From Tetramitus jugosus (Eukaryota; Protista; Heterolobosea): 64,000 bases of DNA. This document shows positions 42,606 to 53,352 of the stretch, in pieces. How positions within the stretch are numbered: the stretch's first letter is position 1; every line of letters begins with the position of its first letter. Made by a program: the position numbers and the translations under genes. The notes beneath the pieces are model-generated. The model worked only from the letters and a program-made list of their open reading frames with translations. It searched no databases and was not told the DNA's origin. The DNA is taken from NCBI GenBank assembly GCA_937625935.1, contig OW569370.1, forward strand, positions 62,001 to 126,000, in the 5' to 3' direction.

Positions 42606-44537
42606 ATGAAAACAACCCGTATTATTGTTGTGTTGTTGCTACTGCTGGCAGTGGTGCATTTGACACACCAACTCAATACCAATACGGAACTCATTAATTT
42701 CAGATATCATTGCTCCAGTGTGAATGCACAGAGCATTCCATCATCGCCGTCAGCAGCGGCAACAACACAAGTCATTTATTCAACGGTGTACTACATGAAT
42801 GATGTGATTGACGAGGGACAACTCATTGTCAGAGAAATTAGTAAAAATGAGACGCTAGCGACCATTATGGTTGGTTTGGACCATATCAATGTCACTCTGC
42901 AATTGCATGTCACTTCTGTGACAAATGAAAGTAGTGGTATACTTGTGCAGTACGTTGACACAAGTAACGCGGGTGTGACAAATGAGCAGTTGGTTGTGAA
43001 TTCTTCTGAGGTGATTCATACAGAGTACTTTGATATGAGAGTCAAGTCACAGTACAGGAAAGATGCATACTATCAGAGAAAATTGCAGTTTTACACACTG
43101 GATTTCTCAAATGTGTTCAAAAATGCTCGATTTCAATTTATTCAGTTGAATTCTACGAGTAGTAGCAGTAGTGGTAGTACGACATATCTCGTTTACCCGG
43201 ATGCAAAAGTATGTCAGGACTTCACGGTGACCCAGACAACAAACTATTACTTTCAGATTGCATTTTCCATCTCGACCATTATCGTCGCAGGTATCCATGT
43301 ACTTCATGGACTATGGCTATTGCTTGCTCAGATAATACTGGGCAAGTTTTCACTTGTGAGAAGTCGTTTGCTCTCTGAAGTTCCTAGCGGATTTGCTGTG
43401 AATGCGTCCGATGTGGTCGTATTGATTATGTTCAGTGTCGATGTATTCTGGATATACAAGTATGGTATCAGAAGTAGCTCACTGTTGATTATCAGTGCGT
43501 ACGTTAGATCGTGGCTCATCTATGTTGCCTGCGTGTCCTATGTGTTGAACTGTCTCAGATATCTATTACTGCTAAACTTTTACAGATTAGTGAAGCACGG
43601 AAACACAGTATCAAAGTACCATAAGATCTTAACCTCTCAATGGATGTTCATCGTAGGACTCGTGGTGTTTGCATCGATAATGTTGGTTGGTTGTGTGATT
43701 ACGCTGAGTGTCATAGGAATCAAAGCTTTGGCAGTGCAAACCTATTTGGTCACTATTCTTGCTATTGTCTCATGTGTTGCTGCTGTTGCTTCTGGACTGG
43801 TCTCTATTGTCTTTGAACTTGTGGTGAATTACAAATCAATCAAAAAGTATGGATTGATTTCATATTTTAGAAGAGATCCGCTGTACATTCGACTACAGAT
43901 GTTAGGTATCGTATTTCTGATTGCAGTCGGAATTGCTTATGGAGCTCTGTTCAGCTTTTTGGAGCCAAATTATCGCAGTATTAGTTTAACATATGGAAGA
44001 GTGTTTGGCTACGTTGTCGTATACTTTTTGTTTGGATTGATTCTCAGGATTATCATGGCTGGTGCATTCATATGGCCACTGCAACTGATCCAACTCTCAC
44101 ATGGAGATAAGGTACAGTTTGAGTTCAAATTCGAAGAGCTAATGTCTGATCCGGAGTGTTATGACCTGATGTATGAGTATTGTTCTCGTGAGTTTTCCCT
44201 GGAAAATCTGGTGTTCTGGAAGTATGCGCAAGACCTCAAAGGAAAACCAATTGACTATCAAGCAATGGTCAAAATGGCAGACAAGTACATGAAACCTCTG
44301 AGTCCTCTGCAAATCAATTTACCCAACAAGACTGTGAAAAGCTTTTTACAATTGATTACCGACATGGAAGCAAATCAGAAAACGGAGATTGAATTCGATT
44401 CTATGTATAACGTTATCCGTTCAGATCTGTTGATGAATTTGGATGACACTCTGAAAAGATTTAGCTCTACCGCGGCTTTCAAAGAGTGGGAGCACAAACA
44501 TGCAACTTCAAAGGAGCTGATTGAAACTCAGTTCTAA
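42606..44537 (+). CDS. Signal peptide + ectodomain + ~7TM + RGS domain protein
   Basis: C-terminal RGS 'FEELMSDPECYDLMYEYCSREFSLENLVFWK...SPLQINL...NLDDTLKRF', preceded by about 7 hydrophobic helices. Confidence 0.88.
   Translation: MKTTRIIVVLLLLLAVVHLTHQLNTNTELINFRYHCSSVNAQSIPSSPSAAATTQVIYSTVYYMNDVIDEGQLIVREISKNETLATIMVGLDHINVTLQLHVTSVTNESSGILVQYVDTSNAGVTNEQLVVNSSEVIHTEYFDMRVKSQYRKDAYYQRKLQFYTLDFSNVFKNARFQFIQLNSTSSSSSGSTTYLVYPDAKVCQDFTVTQTTNYYFQIAFSISTIIVAGIHVLHGLWLLLAQIILGKFSLVRSRLLSEVPSGFAVNASDVVVLIMFSVDVFWIYKYGIRSSSLLIISAYVRSWLIYVACVSYVLNCLRYLLLLNFYRLVKHGNTVSKYHKILTSQWMFIVGLVVFASIMLVGCVITLSVIGIKALAVQTYLVTILAIVSCVAAVASGLVSIVFELVVNYKSIKKYGLISYFRRDPLYIRLQMLGIVFLIAVGIAYGALFSFLEPNYRSISLTYGRVFGYVVVYFLFGLILRIIMAGAFIWPLQLIQLSHGDKVQFEFKFEELMSDPECYDLMYEYCSREFSLENLVFWKYAQDLKGKPIDYQAMVKMADKYMKPLSPLQINLPNKTVKSFLQLITDMEANQKTEIEFDSMYNVIRSDLLMNLDDTLKRFSSTAAFKEWEHKHATSKELIETQF
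44501..44533 (+). repeat. 33-bp direct repeat, copy 1 (last codons of RGS gene)
   Basis: TGCAACTTCAAAGGAGCTGATTGAAACTCAGTT, identical to 45834-45866. Confidence 0.92.
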
Positions 44538-44594
44538 TCATTGGATGCGATATTGATCGTGAATTTGTACAACCTCGAACGATTGAAGACATGT

Positions 44595-45714
44595 TTACTG
44601 TAAAGAAATATTCGAACTGCAAATAAGTTTGACTCTCAGTAAACACTCTTCGCATTAGTCATTAACACAAAGTCCCGAAAGATAATTATCTTTTGAGTTA
44701 ACCTCCTCAGTACCACAAACCGAGCAAACCTTGAATATCTCCTTCGCTGACCATTGGCTAGAAAATTTTTCTAAGTCCTCAGTTATCTCATCCTTTTCGT
44801 TTAAACTCAAGGCTTGATCTGTTCTGGTGACGGAAATGAAAATCTGCTCCAGAAAGTTCATTTTCTTGGTTGTACAGGTATCAAACCAATCTGAGTCTTT
44901 GTTTCTTGTCTTTTCGAGCTTCGCTAATGCAGGTGTTGCGTTAAATGCACAAACAAAAACGTCTTCCGGTTGAGCCAGGCCAATTACAAAATCCGAGTAC
45001 ACGTCCATGAATCCCTTCGCTGCCCATGCCGCCTTCCTAGAATGGGCCCAAACAGCTTCCATAAAACGACCACGAACCGATTGCGTTGTTTTACCAGCAT
45101 AATAATGAGTCCTTTCATTGAATCTCACAAAGACCATGTATATTGCCTGAGTATCCTCCGCACCACGGAAACAATTTGGCCCACTCAGAAAATTCTTTGA
45201 ATTTTACATCTTCACTTAACCATGTGGGTGGACGCTCATGTGGGGTTTTCTTTTTGGCGAATGTGCTCAGAGTAAGGCTCTTGGACTCATTCTTGTAGTC
45301 ACCAAAGAGCATTCCATTGTAAGCTGATTCCGAGTACTTCCCTTCATCGATCTTATCAAAGGCTTTCTCTTCACCACCCTTCTTTTCTACGGTCCTAAAG
45401 AGCGATTGGAGCGACTTTTTCTTGGCAGACACAGATTGATTGTTATCTTCGATGATGCCGATCACTCTCTCCTTGATAAAGTTAGAAGAAGCGCTTATAG
45501 CCTGAAGCAATCTATCTGGCTTCTCGACTTTCATTTGCTCCATTCGAGACTCGAGCATTTCCATGTCTGGATCCTGCATGATCGAATTAACTTCTTTGTT
45601 TTGGGTTTGTTGATTCAGGAAATCCTTGAAATTTTTGTTTGCTTCTCCAGACACGTTTGAGGCTAACAATAAAAATCTCCCAACGATTACAATGCTTTCC
45701 CTGATGTCTGACAT
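44595..45714 (-). pseudogene. Split GIY-YIG endonuclease-like gene with C-terminal Cys cluster (frameshifted/spliced; in-frame stop)
   Basis: ORF 45714-45115 overlaps a second frame that reads 'AIYMVFVRF...YYAGKTTQSVRGRF.E...MNFLEQIFI...SLN' (GIY-YIG pattern) and then 'CSVC...LCVND*CEEC'. Confidence 0.6.
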
Positions 45715-45833
45715 CCTTCGTACTTTCTGACATGTTGAGGGAGTTGGAGTTTGTAAAAGTTAAAGATAGAACCACTGACAGACAAATACAGTAATCATTA
45801 TCCACACAAGATCACGTAAGCAACCAGAAAATC

Positions 45834-45866
45834 TGCAACTTCAAAGGAGCTGATTGAAACTCAGTT
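45834..45866 (+). repeat. 33-bp direct repeat, copy 2
   Basis: Identical to 44501-44533. Confidence 0.92.
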
Positions 45867-45968
45867 ACTTATCAAAACCACTGCCATTGACATGTTGATT
45901 TTGTGAATTCAATTTAGGGCCATATGCAAGCACAAGATGCACGGGCAACAAAGAAATCATACAAGAAG

Positions 45969-45997
45969 TGTTGCAACAAGATATAAGAGTCTCTGAG
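45969..45997 (+). repeat. 29-bp direct repeat, copy 2
   Basis: Identical to 42413-42441. Weaker similarity continues downstream (CCACACAT, TTATTCCCT). Confidence 0.9.
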
Positions 45998-46408
45998 AAA
46001 CCACACATTTCATCTAGATAATATATTTGTTTGTTTTGACCTTTGGTCAGAGTCCCAATTTTCTTATTTTCAATTATTCCCTTCTTTTAGTTGTCAATCA
46101 TCCACCTAAGATCACACACATACAGCAACAGTACCAATATCTGACAATGATGGTTATAAAAAAATATTTACGTTTTGGTTTTTGTGAAAGTTGTTGTTGT
46201 TGTTTGTGCATCATCATCGTCAACCAATTCCACCACCCTTACATCATCATTATCGCGCATCTGACAGGCATGAGAATTGAAATGAATCATAATAATAATA
46301 TGATGACGATTGTGCGTTCCCTCAGAGAGTAGTATGTTATCATTTGGTTAGTTGATCATTCATCATCATCATCAATAGCTGTGTGTGTGTGTGTCTAACA
46401 TTGAAATT

Positions 46409-47141
46409 TTAAGCATTTTGTTCACTCTCCAACAGTCCAGTACCTTCAAACACTGCCAATTCAGTGAGCATACGTGGATACTTGAAGCTCTTCTTATCAT
46501 TGTAGAATTGTTCATTGACGTTAAAGTTTTCTTCATTTTCCATCAATTTTGCCACCTTTTTCATAAATGCTCTCTTCTTAATAGTAAATCTACATTATTA
46601 GTATTATTCATTTCATACGTTAATGATCACATTATTCGGTTATTATTGTATACATGAAAAATCATCATCATCATTATCGTCATGTTCGTTGTTTTTCATC
46701 ATCCAATATCATGATCAGGATATCAGGCAGGATCAATCATCATTCATTGATTCATTGATTCAAGATTAAAAGTGTTACTATTTTTGAAATCAAACGCACA
46801 CAAAAACAGAATAAAACAACATACGAAATATCGTGCTCGGCCTGCAAGAATGGAGTCATAGCAAGCTGTAAATCTTCTTCTTCTCTCTTCAAATGAGTCT
46901 TCTTCTTGTACCATGTCAAATAACGATACCATCCAATACCCATGATCGTGCTAACAACCAAGATTGTTGTACCCACACCAAAGAACTTGTTTGGCATGTT
47001 TCTCTTGATACGAGCAGGCTTGAAACCACCTGGTGGAGGCACATCCTGCAAAACTTGACGTGGTGCACTGACAGAAGGACCCATGTCGGTAATTCTTTGA
47101 CCAGCATTTCTAGCTGGGAAGCGATTCATTATGCGTTGCAT
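46409..47141 (-). CDS. NDUFA13: NADH:ubiquinone oxidoreductase subunit B16.6/GRIM-19, exons 47141-46825 and 46589-46409
   Basis: 'QDVPPPGGF...KRNMP', a TM helix, then 'AMTPFLQAEHDIS|FTIKKRAFMKKVAKLM...FNVNEQFY'. Intron GTATGT..TAG. Confidence 0.92.
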
Positions 47142-47300
47142 TCGTACGGTAGTCGTTTAATTGATTTCGAGTATTGTTGTGTGGTGATGAACAAAAAAAA
47201 TGTTTTTTGCGTTGGATTTCTCCATCATCCATTTTTCTGTCGGAGCGATTTAGTGATCGGAGATAATAAGTTACAATGTTTACAAAATTGAATGTTCAAA

Positions 47301-50300
47301 CTATTCCAAAAAGTCCATGAGTTTGTCTTCGATACGGATGGCCTTGACAGTGTATGCACTCTGAGCTAACTGCTCGCCTGTGTTGACATCTACATCAGGC
47401 GAGGTTGTTTTCAAGGTGTTTGTCCTTTGGAGGATATCCGAAGCGAATCGCATTGCCACTGCATTGGTTTTGTCGTAAGATTTACAAAACTTTTGAATAC
47501 ACTTGTCCACGACCCTGCAAATGCACAATAAATGGTGTGAGTAGCTTCTTCTTACAAGTAAAAGTTGACATTAAGTTGTACAAATGACTTACTCTAGGGC
47601 CTCCTTTAGAGGTTGTTGGAGATAGGTCGGTATCGTTTGACAGAATTTCGAAATAGTTAACACAATAGCAATACCAGACTTGCACTCGGTAAAGAACCTG
47701 GTTGCTACGGACTCTGAAATCTTGCCAGACGCATCCAAGAATCCTCTACATGCATAGTTTTGAGCATCATTTTCGTCCTTTGTTTCCGATTCTGGCTCAG
47801 ATTCTGATGATGAGTGTTCAGACTCACTTTCATCCGAGTTGGTTTCTGTGTCTTCAACAGAGCTTGATTGAGTGTCACTGTCACTGTCATCGCTATCGGA
47901 ATCAGACGAGCTGTTAGATGAGGAGGTGCTTCCACGACGCTTTCTAACTGGTCGCTTCTTTGCAGGGGTCTTTTTGACAGGTTGCTTCTTTTTGGCTGGC
48001 TTTTTAGTTGTTCTAGCCAATCGTATTGCAGATGCTTGCATGAGTGCTCTCTGATGTGCTGATTGAGTATTTAATTGAGCAGCACCGACACCAAATTGCT
48101 TCAACAACAAGTTCTTCAATTTCACAGACGCAACATCTCTGATGAGACCTTTGACCAACAAAGAAAAATCATGTCCCTGGAGATTCTGTACAAGCTCTGT
48201 TCCATCAATCAGCAACCTATCCAATTGACCCATACAGATTAGCGCATTAAGATAGGTTCGAAGAACGGGTACACTGATAATATCCACATGTAACTTGTTA
48301 ATTGCATAGTGATCAACGAGCTCAATGATTGCCCTGGCCGAGTTATCGGACCATAATGATGCAATCACTTCTCTTTGCAGTTCTACCTGACTTAAAATAA
48401 AATCTACATTTGATAGAGTCTTTTGCAATACTCTGTATGCATTTTCTCTCAAGGAAGGATTGTTGGATACCTCAAATATGGTGGGAGACAGAGTTTTCTT
48501 CGCGATTGGTTCAAACATTGTCCAAGAATTTGCTTGGGAGAACACCTTACCAATCAACACGACAAGCGTCATACCCTTTCTGTAGTCGTTACATACATAC
48601 AAGTCAATGACATCTTGTAGTGTACTGACTTCAATACACGTAATGTCTTGACCCAATATCTGCAACATCTTTTCTTCCAGTGCCAATACATGACTGAATT
48701 CCTTTCGCTGTACAAAACGTAGAATTTGATAATTAAGGGTTAGGTGATCAATTTCCTTAATCATATCCAATGGAATCTCATCCATTCCTCTGACCTTCGG
48801 AGGAAGATAATACGAATAGTCTCGAAGCTCTTTTTTAAATCTAGCGATAGATTCAGTACTGTTGAAGAAGGCATTGTGGTAAGCCTTCATTTGAGGTAAG
48901 TGTCTCTCCTTGCAGAACTCCAACAATCTCAATGCCTTTTCCAAATTATTGTCAGCTCGGTGTTTCTTTGCCAATTCCAAAATCTTCTCAAACGCGCTTC
49001 TCAATTGTCTATAGTAAACAATTTGTTCGATATCTCTTTCTTCAGTTTCGTTTTCATTGAATCTCGAGGTTACCAGTGGACTCATAAAGGTATTGGTTGT
49101 TTCAATCGTAGCAAACTCACCAGAATTACTTTGGCAATAGAAAGACATTGCCTTTGTCTTACTGCACAAGACATTACAAACAGAGTCAGTAAACGTGTTG
49201 TTGATCGTAGCAATGATATGATGAGGCTCCACTCTCAAGTTCCACAGCTTCACGGAATGGTCAACAGCACCCGATAGTAGTATATCACAATGAAAGTTGG
49301 ACCATGAGATACTCTTTACAATGTTATCATGTCCCTCCAATGCAATCACAGGAGTTCCATTATTGTATCTCATATCCCATATATTAATTACATTATCATT
49401 ACCACAAGTGGCTAGCCAGTGAGGAATCATTGGATGCCATTGAACGTCTCTGATGGCGTCAGAATGAGCATTGTCGCACTTCCACGATAGTAGGTTGCCA
49501 GTAACTGATTTACCAGTCTTATTGACCATTGATCTAATATCCAAAACTTTCAAACTACGACTCACACCACCAATGATCAACTGATTCGTGTTGTGCATGT
49601 TCCATGCAGCACAAGTCAATGGAGCATTGCTACCCTTGACAGTATTCAACGGTTCAGATTCTCTGTCTATTTGCCAAATGTGTAATCGATGATTCTCTAG
49701 AGCTAAGAACTTTGTTGGCTGTGCCACATCATTTGCTATGCTGTTCAATGCATCATTGGACGATTTGCTCGATTTTTCACCGCTCTTCTTCTTCTTCTTC
49801 TTTTTATCCTTTTTCGCCTTTCGCTTTGCAATTCGACGTCTAATTCTCTGCGCCGCAGTCACCTTGCTATCATCTTCATCACTACTCTCACTGCTCTCGG
49901 ATGAATCATCATTGTCACTATTATCACTTCCATCATCACTATCATTGTCAGAATCAGAAGAATCGCCTCTCTTCTTTTTCTTGCCCATTTTCTTCTTGTT
50001 CATGAGACTGGACAATGTCGGTCCAGTGTTCACTATCTTGCTTCTCGCATCGTATGGCACCGGTTGAATATACACTCTTGTCATGCGATTCGATTGTGTA
50101 TACTGTTCTGGTGATGGTGCCACATACTGGTCAGTATTGAGTGACGGTAAATGATACACGGTGCATTCTGCGTTGACCAATGGTTTCGATGATACTTTAC
50201 TGCCCATCATGAGTGACATATCAACACGATTCATGTACACTGCTCCCTGATCCGATGCCATCATCAACACATTTCCACACAGGTCCAAGTGATTGACTGG

Positions 50301-50606
50301 CCCTGGTGCATCACATGTGCTCAGCACTTGAATCTCTTGTTTTTGTTGTTTGTTGTTGACAGATGATGAGCAGAGAAATTGAAGTTGTTGAGAGTTGGGA
50401 GTGGACTCTGATCGAACAATTGTGTCATTGTAGTCGGATATGGCCATTGAGGTAACGGAGCTAAGGCCTTGTTGAGCATTGTCCAATGATCGAACTTTGA
50501 TGAATTGTTGTTGTTGAGTGTCAGTGGTGATTGGTTTGTATCCTCTGGAGGGTAATGGTTGGCGCCATTGACTACTCGCAGGCAACACATTGGCACGGTT
50601 GTTCAT
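47301..50606 (-). CDS. WD40-repeat protein with C-terminal helical region, exons 50606-47593 and 47514-47301
   Basis: WD repeats 'AHSDAIRDVQWHP...ATCGNDNVINIWD' and 'GHDNIVKSISWS...LSGAVDHSVKLWN', with K/S/D low-complexity inserts. Intron GTAAGT..CAG. Confidence 0.85.
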
Positions 50607-50794
50607 TGCTTGATGGCTTAGATACTTGTGTTTTCGCGCTTTTTTTGTTTTTTGAGTAGACAAGTAATATCCCGACCTTCTTTTTTGCTGAAAGTTCAAT
50701 CAAGTCTGTGAAGCATCGCAAGCCAAAAAAAATCGGCTTTGAACAAGAAAACACTTGAACAATCAAACAACTTTTGTTGGAAAAAGAATCACAT

Positions 50795-53290
50795 ATGACG
50801 ACATCATCAACCTGTTGTTCATCATGCAACAGTGTAGACACAATCGAATATGACAATGTGGGAGGCACATTTACCTATGTTTGTCGCGTGTGTGGTCACG
50901 TGGAAGACGAGAACATTATTGCCACGGATAAGATTGAATTTTCAAAGAATGATTCGAGTCATGCCACAGTTCAAGGGCAGAACTACTCTTATCGTGACAC
51001 TCAACTCGGTGGTTATTTAATGGGATCACACGCCTCCGCCAGTTCAATGAACCGGGGTTTTGGTTACCGGAAAAATGTAATCTCCGAAGCCATACGGAGT
51101 GACCCTGGATCCAATGCACTGCAGCGACAGTCCAAGGCCAGGAGTCAAGTCTATGATCGTATCAACAAGATTTGCTATGCGCTCAAAATGCCAGACTACA
51201 GCACGGAACAAGTAAAGTTCCTGTTGGATCAAATGATACGGAACCACAATACAAAAATGGTGGAAAAATACAAAATCTTGAACAATAGTCAAGGCAACAA
51301 CGAACAGGAAGCTTATGACGAAAACTACGAAGAAGATTACGGCGGAGAATATGGCGAAGACGAATATTACGAAGGAGATGATTTTGAGCATCATAGCTAT
51401 AGCTCTCATAGCACAAATGATCAAGCAACAACAAAAACAACGACAACCACAAAAAAGCAAAGTAACAACAATGCACTCTCCAAACGAAAATTCCTATCAT
51501 TCACTCAAACAAAGCGAATGCAATACATTTTGGCCGCATGCATCTACATTACTTGTCGTCAAAGCAAAAAGCCAATTACACTGTTGGATATTGCTGAACA
51601 GATTCAATTGAATGTGTTCAAACTAGGTAAAGAGTACAAGAATGTGTTGACGACGTGTCGGTTGAGCATTGAAGTTCTCGAACCTGAAATTTTGGTCGAA
51701 AAATTCATCAATGAAGGACTGTACTCTGATCCGCCATTGTTTGAGAAGATGGAATCATCATCAGAAGACAATCATATGAACACTATTCATTCTTCTAATA
51801 TGAATACGAGTAGTCCCACTTGTACGATGACTGCTCATCAACATGGCAATGACATGTTTTCGACTGGATCAGGGACAAACGCAACAACAACAACGAGTGC
51901 TGTTGACAACAATAATTATTTTTATAATGATTATATTAATGACAATGATGAGTACATGTATCAGGATACGTACGATGGAATGAGTGATTGTGATTACTAT
52001 GGAGGTGTGTCTGGTGTTGGTATTGGTGCGAGTGGATTTGAGAGTGAAATAATGACAGAGTTGCAGATGCACGAGTTGATGAGCGTTACTGTTCGTCTCG
52101 TGCGTCTCGCGTCCAAAGAATGGATCAACACGGGGCGGAAACCACAGGCCATTGTGGGTGCTGCGATAAAGATTTGTGCCGAAGCCATGGGATTCAAAGT
52201 TCGCTTTGATCAATTGGCTAAAAGAACAGCGTCTGGTCAAGTTGCGCTGAGAGATCGACACAGAGAGATGTTGGCACTGTTGACAACACTGAGTTCTTCA
52301 CTGCCATGGGCCAAAAACCTGAATCAAAAAATGATACAGAAACAGTTGCCATTCCTGCTGCAGTACTGTGAGGCATTGAGAGAGTTGCATCGAGCAAAGA
52401 TTGACTTTAGTATCAAGAATGAAGATGTGAAAGAGGAGCAAGAAGTGATCGTGTTGTCCGATAGTGAAGATGAGAGTGATGATGCCGTTGTAGTGGTCTC
52501 CACCTCTGAAGCATCGACTGACAAATCCAACGCATCCAACTCATCGACGTCACCATCGTCATCGAATCCCTCCAATTTCGTCATTCCTGAAGATTATCTG
52601 ATTAAGGCTTCTAATGTTAAAACTAGGATCGAAGCACTTAATGATATCAACAAGCTAGTGTTCAGTGGAAGTCAAGCAATGCCTCATTCCTTTGTCAAAT
52701 CGCAGATCGAAGTCCAGAGAAGAAGAATGAAAATTAGGCAGGCGAGGAGTCGCTTATCTCGTGCTATTACCTCGAACACCAAGAGAGAACCAAAGAAGGA
52801 AGAGGAGTCAGACATCTTTGATACGAGTAGTTTAAATTTTGTCAAGGAGGAAACAAGCAATCAACTGTCCCCAACACTGAACAACTCTCCCACTGATATG
52901 ACCAATCACACAATTCCTGCACCGTTCGTCATTACCGCTGAAGACATTACGTCGACAACCGTTGCCGTCAACACGAAGAAACGTACCTTGGATGCCGAAG
53001 ATTTAGAGATTCAGAGAATGCTTCTCGAAGGTGTTAATGAACAAGCACTCGAGTCAGGCAACTATCTACTGCGGTCATGTGGTGATACTGCTATACCCCT
53101 GTCCCTGTCGGAGCATATTACTGAGCAGGACATGGGAGATGAAGAAGTGAGCTCGTATCTCAAGAGTCAAGAAGAAGTTGACATTTATAGAATGCTCTAC
53201 AGAGAATTAGGTGAAGATATTGACGGTGAGATCACAGTTGCCCGAATGAAGAGAAAGAAGAGAAGATTGGAGCAACAGAACAATGCGTAG
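50795..53290 (+). CDS. TFIIB-related factor (TFIIIB BRF family, BRF2-like)
   Basis: N-terminal Zn ribbon 'CSSC...CRVCG', cyclin repeats 'LAACIYITCRQSKKPITLLDIA' and 'WINTGRKPQAIVGAA', 'LPWAK', and a C-terminal TBP-anchor-like 'DMGDEEVSSYLKSQEEV'. Confidence 0.85.
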   Translation: MTTSSTCCSSCNSVDTIEYDNVGGTFTYVCRVCGHVEDENIIATDKIEFSKNDSSHATVQGQNYSYRDTQLGGYLMGSHASASSMNRGFGYRKNVISEAIRSDPGSNALQRQSKARSQVYDRINKICYALKMPDYSTEQVKFLLDQMIRNHNTKMVEKYKILNNSQGNNEQEAYDENYEEDYGGEYGEDEYYEGDDFEHHSYSSHSTNDQATTKTTTTTKKQSNNNALSKRKFLSFTQTKRMQYILAACIYITCRQSKKPITLLDIAEQIQLNVFKLGKEYKNVLTTCRLSIEVLEPEILVEKFINEGLYSDPPLFEKMESSSEDNHMNTIHSSNMNTSSPTCTMTAHQHGNDMFSTGSGTNATTTTSAVDNNNYFYNDYINDNDEYMYQDTYDGMSDCDYYGGVSGVGIGASGFESEIMTELQMHELMSVTVRLVRLASKEWINTGRKPQAIVGAAIKICAEAMGFKVRFDQLAKRTASGQVALRDRHREMLALLTTLSSSLPWAKNLNQKMIQKQLPFLLQYCEALRELHRAKIDFSIKNEDVKEEQEVIVLSDSEDESDDAVVVVSTSEASTDKSNASNSSTSPSSSNPSNFVIPEDYLIKASNVKTRIEALNDINKLVFSGSQAMPHSFVKSQIEVQRRRMKIRQARSRLSRAITSNTKREPKKEEESDIFDTSSLNFVKEETSNQLSPTLNNSPTDMTNHTIPAPFVITAEDITSTTVAVNTKKRTLDAEDLEIQRMLLEGVNEQALESGNYLLRSCGDTAIPLSLSEHITEQDMGDEEVSSYLKSQEEVDIYRMLYRELGEDIDGEITVARMKRKKRRLEQQNNA

Positions 53291-53352
53291 ATCAAACCTG
53301 CAACACAAAAGTAAATTATTGTCAAACAAAACATTTCAACAAGCGTTCGGTT

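Noticed and set aside
12662-53290. Two Pol III machinery genes (RPC31, BRF) in one window as a functional cluster
   Set aside because: They are about 37 kb and more than 20 unrelated genes apart, which is compatible with chance.
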